From Minisyncoccia bacterium (GTDB lineage: Bacteria; Patescibacteriota; Minisyncoccia; Phycocordibacterales; UBA9973), in assembly GCA_038244685.1 (NCBI GenBank), contig JBBRTD010000001.1, forward strand, positions 67,009 through 131,008: a stretch of DNA of 64,000 nucleotides, read 5' to 3'. Below the pieces are notes generated by a model that made no database searches, had not been told where the DNA came from, and saw nothing but the letters and a program-made list of their open reading frames with translations. The position numbers and the translations under genes are program-made. Positions 29,840-38,978 of this stretch are shown one piece after another (the first letter of the stretch is position 1; the number at the start of each line of letters is the position of its first letter).

Positions 29840-30427
29840 ATGGAATTAATTTTTCACAATATAATTCTTTGGCTTGAATCTTCAAAGTATTTTTTGCTTT
29901 TTCTTGGGACTCTATTCGAAGGACCTGTTGTTATGATGGCGAGTGGCTTCTTGTATAAACTAGGTCAATTCGACCTTTTGCCAATGTATCTTGTTTTAGT
30001 ATTTGGTGACTTCACGGCTGATATAGGCTGGTATTGCGTAGGTAGATATGCGACACGCAAGGCTATTTTTAAATATGGACATTTCATAGGGATAAGACCG
30101 GAAATAATTGAAAAGGTGGAAAAACGTTTCAAAAAATACCACCAACGAATTTTAATTATTTCTAAACTTACTATGGGACTTGGTTTTGCTTTTATCGTTC
30201 TTATTGTCGCAGGCATCTTCAAAGTTCCCTTTAAGAATTATGTTATTCTTAATCTAATAGGTGGTTTTATCTGGACAGCTCTTATTATTACAATTGGATA
30301 TTTTTTAGGTAATATTTATCTAATGATACCTCCTTCAATAAAGATTATTTTTATCATATTTATATTTATTGCATTTATATTTGGCATAAGATATGCTAAT
30401 CAGTATCTAAAGAAAATAGAAATCTAA
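29840..30427 (+). CDS. DedA/VTT-domain membrane protein
   Basis: LVFGDFTADIGWYCVGRYATRKAI...KYHQRILIISKLTMGLGF...LNLIGGFIWTALII. Confidence 0.7.
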   Translation: MELIFHNIILWLESSKYFLLFLGTLFEGPVVMMASGFLYKLGQFDLLPMYLVLVFGDFTADIGWYCVGRYATRKAIFKYGHFIGIRPEIIEKVEKRFKKYHQRILIISKLTMGLGFAFIVLIVAGIFKVPFKNYVILNLIGGFIWTALIITIGYFLGNIYLMIPPSIKIIFIIFIFIAFIFGIRYANQYLKKIEI

Positions 30428-30444
30428 TTAAATAGAGTAATACA

Positions 30445-31626
30445 ATGGAAGAAAAAAAAGATAAAAGAATAAGCATTGCTATGATTTGTGACCCAATCGG
30501 TAACAATAAATCTGGTGTGGTTGTTTCAACTCTACGCTTTGCCAAACTGCTTAAAGAGCGAGGCCACAATGTTATCTTTATAGGAGCTCGTTCTCTTGAA
30601 AATAAGGATCACAGTTATCACGATGGAATAAAGGCATACAGATTCAGAAGTCTCCCTGTTCCAAAATCTTGTGGATGGAATTTAGCCTTCCCTACAATTT
30701 CTGAACTTAAGCGTATATTCAAAGAAGAGAATATTGATATTGTTCATATTATTTTACCAATGTCAGGATCGATCATGGCCATAAAAGCAGCCAAATCGCT
30801 TAACATTAAAATTGTTGCGCACTCTCATTCTCAGCCTGAAAATTTATTCATGGATATGCCAAAGATAATTCAGCCAACTCTTAACCGTATGTGGAACTCT
30901 TACCTTATGTGGACATATAGCAAGGCAAGCTCTTTAATTTATCCATCTGAAATGGCAAAGACATTGCTAGATAAATTAAGTAAGAGAAACCAAATGTCTC
31001 ATGTCATCAGTAATGGCATAAATACCAAAGAATTTAAACCAATTTTAATTGGAGATTTTTATAATAAATATAATATTCCGAAAGATACAATTAAATTACT
31101 TTTTGTCGGACGTTTATTCCCTGAAAAATCAATTGATACCATTATAAAAGCAATACCACACATCCTTCTTAAACATCAAAATATTCATATTATGATTGTC
31201 GGTGGTGGATATTTAAAATCAAAATTAGAGAAGCTTACCCATGATCTTAAGGCAGACAAATTTGTTACTTTCTTGGGTCTAGTTAGCGAAGAAGATAAAA
31301 TCTTGGCATATAATGCAAGCGACATATTCATTCTTCCCTCTTTAGCAGAGCTTGAGGGCATGGTAGTTCTTGAAGCGATGGCTTGCGGTAAACCGATAAT
31401 TATTTCAGATTCTATTATGAGTGCTTCCCGTTTCTTTGTTGATAATAATGGTTTTTTATTCGAGACAAAGAATGCAAAAGATTTAGCTGAAAAGGTTATT
31501 AGTTTAATTAAAGATAAAGATCTTCGAGAGAAAATGGGAAAAGTTAGCCTTGAAAAAAGTAAAAATTATGATATAGAAAAAAGTGTAGATAGACTTGAAG
31601 AAGCTTATTATTCAGCCTTAAAATAA
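30445..31626 (+). CDS. Glycosyltransferase family 4 (retaining; diacylglycerol/lipid glycosyltransferase-like)
   Basis: LLFVGRLFPEKSID, EGMVVLEAMACGKPIIISD (EX7E) and an N-terminal GT4 domain. Confidence 0.75.
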   Translation: MEEKKDKRISIAMICDPIGNNKSGVVVSTLRFAKLLKERGHNVIFIGARSLENKDHSYHDGIKAYRFRSLPVPKSCGWNLAFPTISELKRIFKEENIDIVHIILPMSGSIMAIKAAKSLNIKIVAHSHSQPENLFMDMPKIIQPTLNRMWNSYLMWTYSKASSLIYPSEMAKTLLDKLSKRNQMSHVISNGINTKEFKPILIGDFYNKYNIPKDTIKLLFVGRLFPEKSIDTIIKAIPHILLKHQNIHIMIVGGGYLKSKLEKLTHDLKADKFVTFLGLVSEEDKILAYNASDIFILPSLAELEGMVVLEAMACGKPIIISDSIMSASRFFVDNNGFLFETKNAKDLAEKVISLIKDKDLREKMGKVSLEKSKNYDIEKSVDRLEEAYYSALK

Positions 31627-32439
31627 ATGAAAGAATCTCTATTTGAGAATAAAATATATTATCGGACGAATGAATTTAAGCAAGATAAATTAACCTTAAT
31701 CCTTGTTCATGGAGTTTGTGGCAGTTCATCGGCATGGTGGGAATACGAAAAGAGATTAAACGATAAATATAATATTGTTTCTTTTGATATACGTGGTCAT
31801 GGAAAATCAAAACGTTTTCTAAATTATGATGATTATAAAATAGAAAATTTCTCAAACGATCTTTTCGAATTAGTTAATCATTTAGGAATTAAAAAATTTG
31901 TTTTAATCTCCCACTCATTTGGATCATTTATCTCTCTTGATTTTATAGATAAATATAGAGAATATATTCTAGCTGGAATATTTTTAAGTCCCAATTTTAA
32001 TGCAAATTTAATGCCAGAATCCCATATTGCAAAACCATTCCTTGATCTATTGTCCAAAATAAACTTTCCAATCTCTTCCTCCAAAGAAAGAAAACATTTA
32101 GACTATTTAACTAAATATCCAAATTCTGGAGATTTTAATATCAGAAGAACTGTTGCCGATGTCTCAAATACAGGACTACGTGTTTATTTATATTGCATGA
32201 GGCAAGCATATTTATTTAACGGAGAAAATATATTAGAGAAAATAAAATTCCCAGTTTTAATTATTCACGGCAAAAAAGATTCTATCTTCCCTGTTAAGTA
32301 TGGCATTATGATGGCGGATAAAATTGCCAATTCTAAAATAGTTGCTCTTGATAATGTCTGTCATGAAATAAAAGATTCTACGATTACAATTGACAAAATA
32401 TCGCACGAAATAGAAAAGTTTCTAGAAAATATATCATAA
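31627..32439 (+). CDS. Alpha/beta-fold hydrolase
   Basis: LILVHGVCGSSSAWW, FDIRGHGKS, LISHSFGSF (GxSxG) and IIHGKKDSIFP...CHE. ATG directly abuts the upstream stop. Confidence 0.7.
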   Translation: MKESLFENKIYYRTNEFKQDKLTLILVHGVCGSSSAWWEYEKRLNDKYNIVSFDIRGHGKSKRFLNYDDYKIENFSNDLFELVNHLGIKKFVLISHSFGSFISLDFIDKYREYILAGIFLSPNFNANLMPESHIAKPFLDLLSKINFPISSSKERKHLDYLTKYPNSGDFNIRRTVADVSNTGLRVYLYCMRQAYLFNGENILEKIKFPVLIIHGKKDSIFPVKYGIMMADKIANSKIVALDNVCHEIKDSTITIDKISHEIEKFLENIS

Positions 32440-32479
32440 TTGATTATATAAGACCACAGTAGTAATATATAAATATAAT

Positions 32480-33124
32480 ATGAAAATATGGACACAGAGA
32501 TGGAAAGAGGTATTTAAAAGTAATGATTTTATTAAATCCTTTATTGTATCTTTTTTATTCCTTCTAATAAGTCTTTATGTAAACTTTATAGCTGGCAACT
32601 ACGCAACAGAGAGTGCCAGTCTTCCTGTAACAGATATAATACTAAGCAATATACGCCGATTTGATGTAGATGGATTCTTTATCTATGGACCAATCATTCT
32701 TTTTACAATTGTTTCAATAATCTGTATATATAATCCAAAAAAAATTCCTTTTATTTTAAAGAATATTGCTCTCTTCACTGTCATAAGGTCTATTTTTATT
32801 AGCCTTACCCATCTAGGACCATTCCCAATGCAAGCAATTGTCGAAAGTACAAACTTAATTAACAAATTTACCTTTGGAGGAGATTTATTTTTCTCAGGGC
32901 ATACAGGTATTCCTTTTCTTATGGCTTTAATTTTTTGGCAAAATAAAAAGTTACGATACTTCTTCCTACTTTATTCAATATTTATGGGAACAATAGTTTT
33001 ACTTGGGCATTATCACTATTCAATAGACGTCCTTGCTGCCTTCTTTATTACCTACACTATATTTGATATATCTTTGTATTTATTTAAAAAAGAAAGAAAA
33101 ATGTTTTTCCAGATTAATTCTTAG
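32480..33124 (+). CDS. PAP2-superfamily membrane phosphatase-like protein
   Basis: FFSGHTGIPF (PSGH-like) and GHYHYSIDVLAAF (SRx5Hx3D-like) on a 5-6 TM scaffold. Confidence 0.5.
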   Translation: MKIWTQRWKEVFKSNDFIKSFIVSFLFLLISLYVNFIAGNYATESASLPVTDIILSNIRRFDVDGFFIYGPIILFTIVSIICIYNPKKIPFILKNIALFTVIRSIFISLTHLGPFPMQAIVESTNLINKFTFGGDLFFSGHTGIPFLMALIFWQNKKLRYFFLLYSIFMGTIVLLGHYHYSIDVLAAFFITYTIFDISLYLFKKERKMFFQINS

Positions 33125-33215
33125 GTTGTTTTACTTAAAATTGATAAAAATAAAAACATATAATATTAAATTAAATGTTATATAATATATAGTATTAATG
33201 CTAATATAAAAAATT

Positions 33216-33386
33216 ATGTCAAAATATGTATGTTTAGACTGTGGTTGGATCTATGATGAAGCTAAAGGGTTTCCAGAAAGAGGCATAGCTCCTGGAACAA
33301 AATGGGAAAGTCTTCCTATGGACTTTAAGTGTGCAGAATGCTCGACTAGAAAAAGAGACACTCATATGTGGAGAAAATTAGACTAA
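33216..33386 (+). CDS. Rubredoxin (56 aa)
   Basis: Hand-translated: MSKYVCLDCGWIYDEAKGFPERGIAPGTKWESLPMDFKCAECSTRKRDTHMWRKLD. Classic CxxC...GIAPGT...CxxC rubredoxin pattern. Missed by the ORF track (<60 aa). Confidence 0.7.
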   Translation: MSKYVCLDCGWIYDEAKGFPERGIAPGTKWESLPMDFKCAECSTRKRDTHMWRKLD

Positions 33387-33482
33387 GAATGTAATATTAA
33401 GTTTTATATTAATTAACCTTCTTTTTCTGAAGGTTTTTAAATTAAAAAACCCGCAGAAAAGGAAGTATACAATAAAAACTAT

Positions 33483-34505
33483 TTAGTCTTCTTTATGATT
33501 TCCCTTCCATCCATTATTTGAATCTTTAAATTTTAAACCTGTTTTAAGAAAAATATTAGCCTCCTTTATGGAGCTTTCGGAATCAAGCAATGAAGAATAT
33601 GCATCTTTTGAATTTCCTTCTTTTACCTTGACATCAGCTTCATTTAAATAATTTTTTGCTTCATCGAGAGTTTTATTAGTATCATCTATAATCTTTTGCT
33701 TCACAGGAGAATCAACACTAGAAGTATGTCCTATCTCATCGGCAGTTTTTGTGATAAGAGACTGAATTGCATCTTTTCTTTTGGTATATTTATCTGATTC
33801 ACTATTACCCTTATTTCCTTTATTAAATTCCTTATTTTTTGAATTAATTCTAATATTTCCGGCACTAACTCTGGCCGTATTTGATATCTGATTGTTTTCA
33901 TTTGAAATAACAGCCTTATCTTCTTTAACTACAATATAATCTAAAACTCTTGCATGGGCATTCATTCCAGCTTGAAAGTTTGTAATTATTTCATCAACAT
34001 TTTCATTTGATTTTGTTTTTCTGGTTTCATTAATGGCCTTATTCAAAGCCAATGTATGCTTTTCTAAAAGATCATTAATCTTCTTTTCATTTGTTTTGTT
34101 AAGATTCCCTTGATTGGCCAATGTTTCAGCTTCAAGCATGCGCTTGGTCGCTAAGTTACTCTCAAATTTTGCCTTTGATTCAGGAGAAAATGATAAGACT
34201 GCTTCTATTGGCTCAACGATATTTACCTTAATCGGATATAACGGACTATTCGGCAGACTCTCTTGTGAGGCAAAAACGACACCTCCACTAGTAAGAACAA
34301 GAATCAATGGAACGATTATAAAATACACTAATTGTTTTTGTTTTAAAATAGATACAAATGAATAAGTCATCCAAGGACTATAGACAGGCTTTTTATCTGG
34401 AAGCGAAAAATTCAAAACGTTTTCTAGGATACGTCCTTTTTCAAGAGAGGTCATTTTGATCTTCTTTATCTCTGCTATTCCGTCATGTAATTTTTTGTTT
34501 TCCAT
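33483..34505 (-). CDS. DUF5667-type putative anti-sigma factor (membrane-anchored, coiled-coil ectodomain)
   Basis: Directly downstream of ECF sigma #3. One TM. PNSPLYPIKV motif typical of DUF5667, followed by a long helical region. Confidence 0.5.
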   Translation of the reverse strand: MENKKLHDGIAEIKKIKMTSLEKGRILENVLNFSLPDKKPVYSPWMTYSFVSILKQKQLVYFIIVPLILVLTSGGVVFASQESLPNSPLYPIKVNIVEPIEAVLSFSPESKAKFESNLATKRMLEAETLANQGNLNKTNEKKINDLLEKHTLALNKAINETRKTKSNENVDEIITNFQAGMNAHARVLDYIVVKEDKAVISNENNQISNTARVSAGNIRINSKNKEFNKGNKGNSESDKYTKRKDAIQSLITKTADEIGHTSSVDSPVKQKIIDDTNKTLDEAKNYLNEADVKVKEGNSKDAYSSLLDSESSIKEANIFLKTGLKFKDSNNGWKGNHKED

Positions 34506-34510
34506 ATTAA

Positions 34511-35038
34511 TTATTTATTATCATCATTATAACCTGCTTTTTTTCTTAATTCCAAAAGCCCTCTATTTATCCGAACCGAAGCTGCGTTAGTCGAGATTCC
34601 TAATATCTTACCGATTTCTACTGGAGATAAGTCTTCAACGTAACGAAGATAAACAGGGTGACGATTCGATGGACTTAATTCATTTATTTTATCGAGTAGA
34701 TATCTTCCTTCTGCTACTAATTCTAGACGGGATGTAGTCATTTCGTCGGATGGATCATATCCATCTTCTTCCCCATGATTTAACATACTATCCAAAGAAA
34801 AACTTTTCTTTTTACGATACCAATCTATAACAAGACGATGGGCTATTGTAAAGAGAAAAGCCCTATTATTAAGAATTTCTTTGTTTTGAAGCATGCTCTG
34901 CCATAATCTTAAAAAAGTTTCCTGTGTGATGTCCAGGGCTTGTTCGCGATTAGATACACGTACTAAACAGAACCTAAATATAGCATCTGATTCACTTTCA
35001 TATATTTCCTCAAATGTTTGTTTAATTTCTGCTTTCAT
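34511..35038 (-). CDS. ECF-family RNA polymerase sigma factor (#3)
   Basis: QETFLRLWQSM...FLFTIAHRLVIDWYRKKK and VYLRYVEDLSPVEIGKILGISTNAASVRINRGL. Confidence 0.85.
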   Translation of the reverse strand: MKAEIKQTFEEIYESESDAIFRFCLVRVSNREQALDITQETFLRLWQSMLQNKEILNNRAFLFTIAHRLVIDWYRKKKSFSLDSMLNHGEEDGYDPSDEMTTSRLELVAEGRYLLDKINELSPSNRHPVYLRYVEDLSPVEIGKILGISTNAASVRINRGLLELRKKAGYNDDNK

Positions 35039-35220
35039 ATACTAAGACGTACGAACTCTAGTTTTCTTACATTAGCCATATACTCAAAATACAACAAATA
35101 AACATTAATGTCCATGTAAGAAAAGTGCACCCTAAGACGTCTACTTCAATGTGAGGTCGCATGTTTGGTATATACAAACTACTAAACATACATTATTAAT
35201 TTAATAGAAATTTATTATAT

Positions 35221-36663
35221 ATGAAAAAATACAAATCAATAATTACAGGTTCATTAATAGCCGCTTTTATTATCAGTACTCCAGTTGCAATATTTGCAGA
35301 AGGTAATGATAAGAATGGCAATGATAACAATAGAAACAAAGCTAAGGTAGAACAAAAAAGTAATATAGACTTTAGTAAAAACTCCAAAAGCAATTCTTTA
35401 TTCAATAGAGTAACGCATTGGCTTGAAGGTAAAAAGATAAACGCATCAACAGCTAATATTAACCTTAAGCCATCTATCGATGGTATTACAGCTCCAACAG
35501 TTCTAAAGACTGGAGAAGTAGGAACTTGGATAATAAAAGCTTCAGATCCTCAGAATGGAACTCTAAGTTACGGAGTCGACTGGGGTGATGCAAACTTAAT
35601 CGCAAGATCAATGTCAATGTTAAGCGAACCGGTATTTGTGCAAACAAGTACCTTTACACACTCTTATGCAAATAAAGGTGAGTATAAAATAACCTTTACC
35701 GTTACTAATAATGCTGGAATAAAGACAACCTCGACAGTTACTGTTCACATAACAGAAACCGTAAATGTTACTGCTCCAGTTATAAGCAACTTAACAACAG
35801 TATCAACTAAAACAAATAAGGCTAGAATAAATTGGACAACTGATGTCCGTTCAAATAGTGTTGTTTGGTATAGTACTACTTCCCCTGTTGATACAACAAT
35901 AAACAAAAATGTATCACGCCGTGGTCAAGTTCTAAAGCACAATATTGAATTAAAGAATTTAGAAGCAAACACAAAATACTATGTAGTTGTTGCATCAACA
36001 AATGACGCAGGAACAACAAAGTCAGCGGAGATTTCATTCACAACTCCAGCTGTTATAGATAACAATGCTCCTGTTATAACCAGTCTATCTGGGGCCACAA
36101 CTATCAATGTTGGTCAAACAGAAGTAGTCACAATCAATGCTACAAACCACAACAATGGAGCTCTCAGTTATACAGCTGATTGGGGTGATACAACAATTGT
36201 AGCAAAAAGTTTACTTGCAGTTACAGAACAGCCAGTATATGTACAGAGTGCAACATTAAGCCATGTATATAATACTGCTGGAACTTACAACGCAACCTTC
36301 ACAGTAGAAAATAGTAATGGTATAAAAACTTCTTCTTCTATGAAAATTACAGTATTAGCAGTTATTGCCGATACAACAGCCCCAATTATTAGTAATGTGA
36401 TAACAACAGTAAATGCTTCTAATGTTACTGTAGCATGGACTACAAACGAACCAGCAACATCTAGTATCTTCTATTCTATCAACACTCCTGTTGATACAAA
36501 TCTAAGTACTACTGCTTCAATCGTTGATAAAACACTAGCAACAAGTCACTCAATTGTTATTCCAGGTTTAACATCAAGCACTCTCTATCACTTCATTTTG
36601 AAGTCTGCTGATGCATTAAACAACGTAGTTTCGTCTAGTGAATCTCTATTCACAACAAACTAA
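35221..36663 (+). CDS. Secreted modular surface protein: signal peptide, then (PKD domain + FN3-like domain) x2
   Basis: Signal peptide MKKYKSIITGSLIAAFIISTPVAIFA. Two PKD signatures: DWGDANLIA...HSYANKGEYKITFTVTNNAGI and DWGDTTIVA...HVYNTAGTYNATFTVENSNGI. Each is followed by an FN3-like unit (RINWTTDVRSNSVVWY...TKYYVVVAST and VTVAWTTNEPATSSIFY...TLYHFILKSAD). Confidence 0.65.
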   Translation: MKKYKSIITGSLIAAFIISTPVAIFAEGNDKNGNDNNRNKAKVEQKSNIDFSKNSKSNSLFNRVTHWLEGKKINASTANINLKPSIDGITAPTVLKTGEVGTWIIKASDPQNGTLSYGVDWGDANLIARSMSMLSEPVFVQTSTFTHSYANKGEYKITFTVTNNAGIKTTSTVTVHITETVNVTAPVISNLTTVSTKTNKARINWTTDVRSNSVVWYSTTSPVDTTINKNVSRRGQVLKHNIELKNLEANTKYYVVVASTNDAGTTKSAEISFTTPAVIDNNAPVITSLSGATTINVGQTEVVTINATNHNNGALSYTADWGDTTIVAKSLLAVTEQPVYVQSATLSHVYNTAGTYNATFTVENSNGIKTSSSMKITVLAVIADTTAPIISNVITTVNASNVTVAWTTNEPATSSIFYSINTPVDTNLSTTASIVDKTLATSHSIVIPGLTSSTLYHFILKSADALNNVVSSSESLFTTN

Positions 36664-36681
36664 GTGTTATAAAATAGACAA

Positions 36682-36729
36682 GGCCAATATCATAAAACCA
36701 CCCATATGGGTGGTTTTATGATATTGGCC
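36682..36729. terminator. 48-nt perfect palindrome, bidirectional terminator
   Basis: GGCCAATATCATAAAACCACCC-atat-GGGTGGTTTTATGATATTGGCC. Confidence 0.65.
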
Positions 36730-36941
36730 CTCACCTAATTTATCCCCCAATAAGTGGATAAATACTTTCGCAAAATTTTACTAGTGATATAATTAAAGTA
36801 CAGATGGATTAAGGTGGTCGATTTTAATACTAATTAATCTCAATCAAATTTATGCCTACAAAGAAAAAAGCAAAGAAAGTATCAAAGAAAAAGAAATAAC
36901 TCCTATAAAATAAAAACCGACTCGTCGGTTTTTATTTTAAT

Positions 36942-37712
36942 TTATATCTTAATAGAAATTTCTTCTAATAATTTTTTATATGGGTGTGCAGTTAAATGCC
37001 ATCCACCTGGAATTAAAGGGTGATCCAAATCATCAATAACAAGATAAATAACATAAGAAAGCATGGCTACACTTATAGTAAAGAAATAATCTAGCCAAAT
37101 ATTCTTTACTCCTATAAATAAAGAAAGACAAATCATAAGGGCGGTGGCAAAGAACATAACTCCCTTAATGAATTTCGGCACATGGTGGGAGCTATATCGT
37201 ATTCTTTGATTCCGCTGTTCTATTAATTTTGTAAAGAAATTAAGGGCATTTTTAGCAAGAATAGGTTGTTCTTTGAACATATCAAATATGAGCTTATTCA
37301 TCGTTGAAATAGATATTTCAATTCGATTACTTGTAATATTTTGTTCACTTTTATATAAACCATTATCAGACATTTCCTCTAAGTATGATTTTATTGAAAC
37401 GCTGAAAACGTTACCAATATCTTCAGGTAAATATCTAGACCATGACCACAATTCTTTAAGAATATGAACTTCGCTACTTACCGCATCTAAAAGATTATTC
37501 CAATTATCCCACTCTTTTTGAATAATGAAACCGGCAAGAATACTGAATAAAGTTCCAATTGAAGCATATAACCAAGGAATACCACCCACATCAGCTAAAA
37601 GTATTTTAGTACTATAAAAGTCACTTTCGTGAATAAAATAAAAAAATAGGCTAAAAAAGCCGAGGAATACAACTATTTTTAATATGAGTCTCATACTAAA
37701 AATATACAGCAT
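36942..37712 (-). CDS. Hypothetical membrane protein (2 N-terminal + 2 C-terminal TM segments)
   Basis: ORF with hydrophobic ends. No motif identified. Confidence 0.4.
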   Translation of the reverse strand: MLYIFSMRLILKIVVFLGFFSLFFYFIHESDFYSTKILLADVGGIPWLYASIGTLFSILAGFIIQKEWDNWNNLLDAVSSEVHILKELWSWSRYLPEDIGNVFSVSIKSYLEEMSDNGLYKSEQNITSNRIEISISTMNKLIFDMFKEQPILAKNALNFFTKLIEQRNQRIRYSSHHVPKFIKGVMFFATALMICLSLFIGVKNIWLDYFFTISVAMLSYVIYLVIDDLDHPLIPGGWHLTAHPYKKLLEEISIKI

Positions 37713-37737
37713 ATTATTTATTTAATCAATTGAATAC

Positions 37738-37980
37738 TTAGTCTTCTATTCTTTTTCCCCACTGCCAACGGGGCTTTTCTCCTTTTTTATAACAAATATA
37801 AATAAGTAATCCTGTCGAAAAAATGATGAAAATTAAATTTTTCAGCCATTCATGGTCATCTATTTTTGAAACCAGTGAAACAAAAAATATTGACCAAAAC
37901 AAGACAGTAACCCAACCTTGCCATGACGAAGGGGTCCACCCCCATCCATATAACTTTCTTTTAAACCAGATTTTATTCAT
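37738..37980 (-). CDS. Small Trp-rich membrane protein
   Basis: 80-aa ORF, two TM segments, WGW/WQGW/WQW motifs. Confidence 0.4.
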   Translation of the reverse strand: MNKIWFKRKLYGWGWTPSSWQGWVTVLFWSIFFVSLVSKIDDHEWLKNLIFIIFSTGLLIYICYKKGEKPRWQWGKRIED

Positions 37981-37984
37981 ATAA

Positions 37985-38830
37985 TTATTTTTTATATATT
38001 AATAATTCGATATATTTAAGTCCATACATAATTTCAGTTCTTATTGGCCCCTTAAAGCCTGGATCAATTAAGCATGAGTGACCATGACTTTCCCCACCTG
38101 GATATCCTCCCGTATTTATGACCGCCATAATATTTTCGCTTAATTCGACTTTTGCTGTTTCCCCTATTTTAAAATCAGTATCAAAATCTTTTGGTATTTC
38201 TTTTAAAATATTTGGTAGATCATCTTTGCTATTAACCCTTAATATATCATTAGATTGAGGAATATAAAATTTCTCTATTAGGGGGAGTTTCAAACAAAGG
38301 CATTCTTTATCATTATATTTCTCATCTAAAAACCAATCAACACCTTCTACCCCTTCTACCTTTATGCCCTTATTTATTATTTCGCGTAAGTTATCATTTC
38401 TTAATCGGTTAGCATCATTAGCAAAGAAAAAACGGATTATGTCACCTTCTAACATTATCGGTCTATCAACATTATTTATAATATCAATTGGAACTGAAAC
38501 ATCCCTACCTTCATTTATCTCATTAAGCATTGTGTCTGTTAGAGAAAGACTGTTAAATTTAACTTCTACTCCTGATTGAGCCAAACAACTTCGAACTGAC
38601 CAATTTAGAAAAGAAAGAGAATCTCGATTAATATCAACATTCGGAAAATCTTTTTTATTTACTATAACCTTTACTCCTGTTGCTAAACACAAAGGAGGAA
38701 TAGTCATCCTTTCTTCTAGCGCTACATCATGTCCAACCCAATAGTTCTCAAGCGTTTTAAATTGTTCCATTGCTATCTGATGTTGCTTCATATTTATTAA
38801 ATCTTCAAGTTTTGGGAATTTATTTTCCAT
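37985..38830 (-). CDS. Hypothetical protein (C-terminal G-x-IDPGF-x-G resembles the dUTPase/dCTP-deaminase beta-clip motif)
   Basis: HGHSCLIDPGFKGPIRTEI near the C-terminus. The rest is unassigned. Confidence 0.3.
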   Translation of the reverse strand: MENKFPKLEDLINMKQHQIAMEQFKTLENYWVGHDVALEERMTIPPLCLATGVKVIVNKKDFPNVDINRDSLSFLNWSVRSCLAQSGVEVKFNSLSLTDTMLNEINEGRDVSVPIDIINNVDRPIMLEGDIIRFFFANDANRLRNDNLREIINKGIKVEGVEGVDWFLDEKYNDKECLCLKLPLIEKFYIPQSNDILRVNSKDDLPNILKEIPKDFDTDFKIGETAKVELSENIMAVINTGGYPGGESHGHSCLIDPGFKGPIRTEIMYGLKYIELLIYKK

Positions 38831-38978
38831 ATATTATTAGTTTTTGATATTAATTAGACATCTGAATATGATTATATATTCTTATATTGTACCAGAATTC
38901 GATTAAAATTACAGATTATTTATAATAAACAAAAATACAACGCATTGCGTTGTATTTTTGTTTACATATTAATTACAA

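Noticed and set aside
37985-38830. Calling 37985..38830 a dCTP deaminase
   Set aside because: Only the C-terminal G-x-IDPGF-x-G resembles the dUTPase/Dcd beta-clip motif. The SSLARLG-type motif is absent, the protein is ~90 aa longer, and the motif sits at an atypical position. Left as hypothetical.
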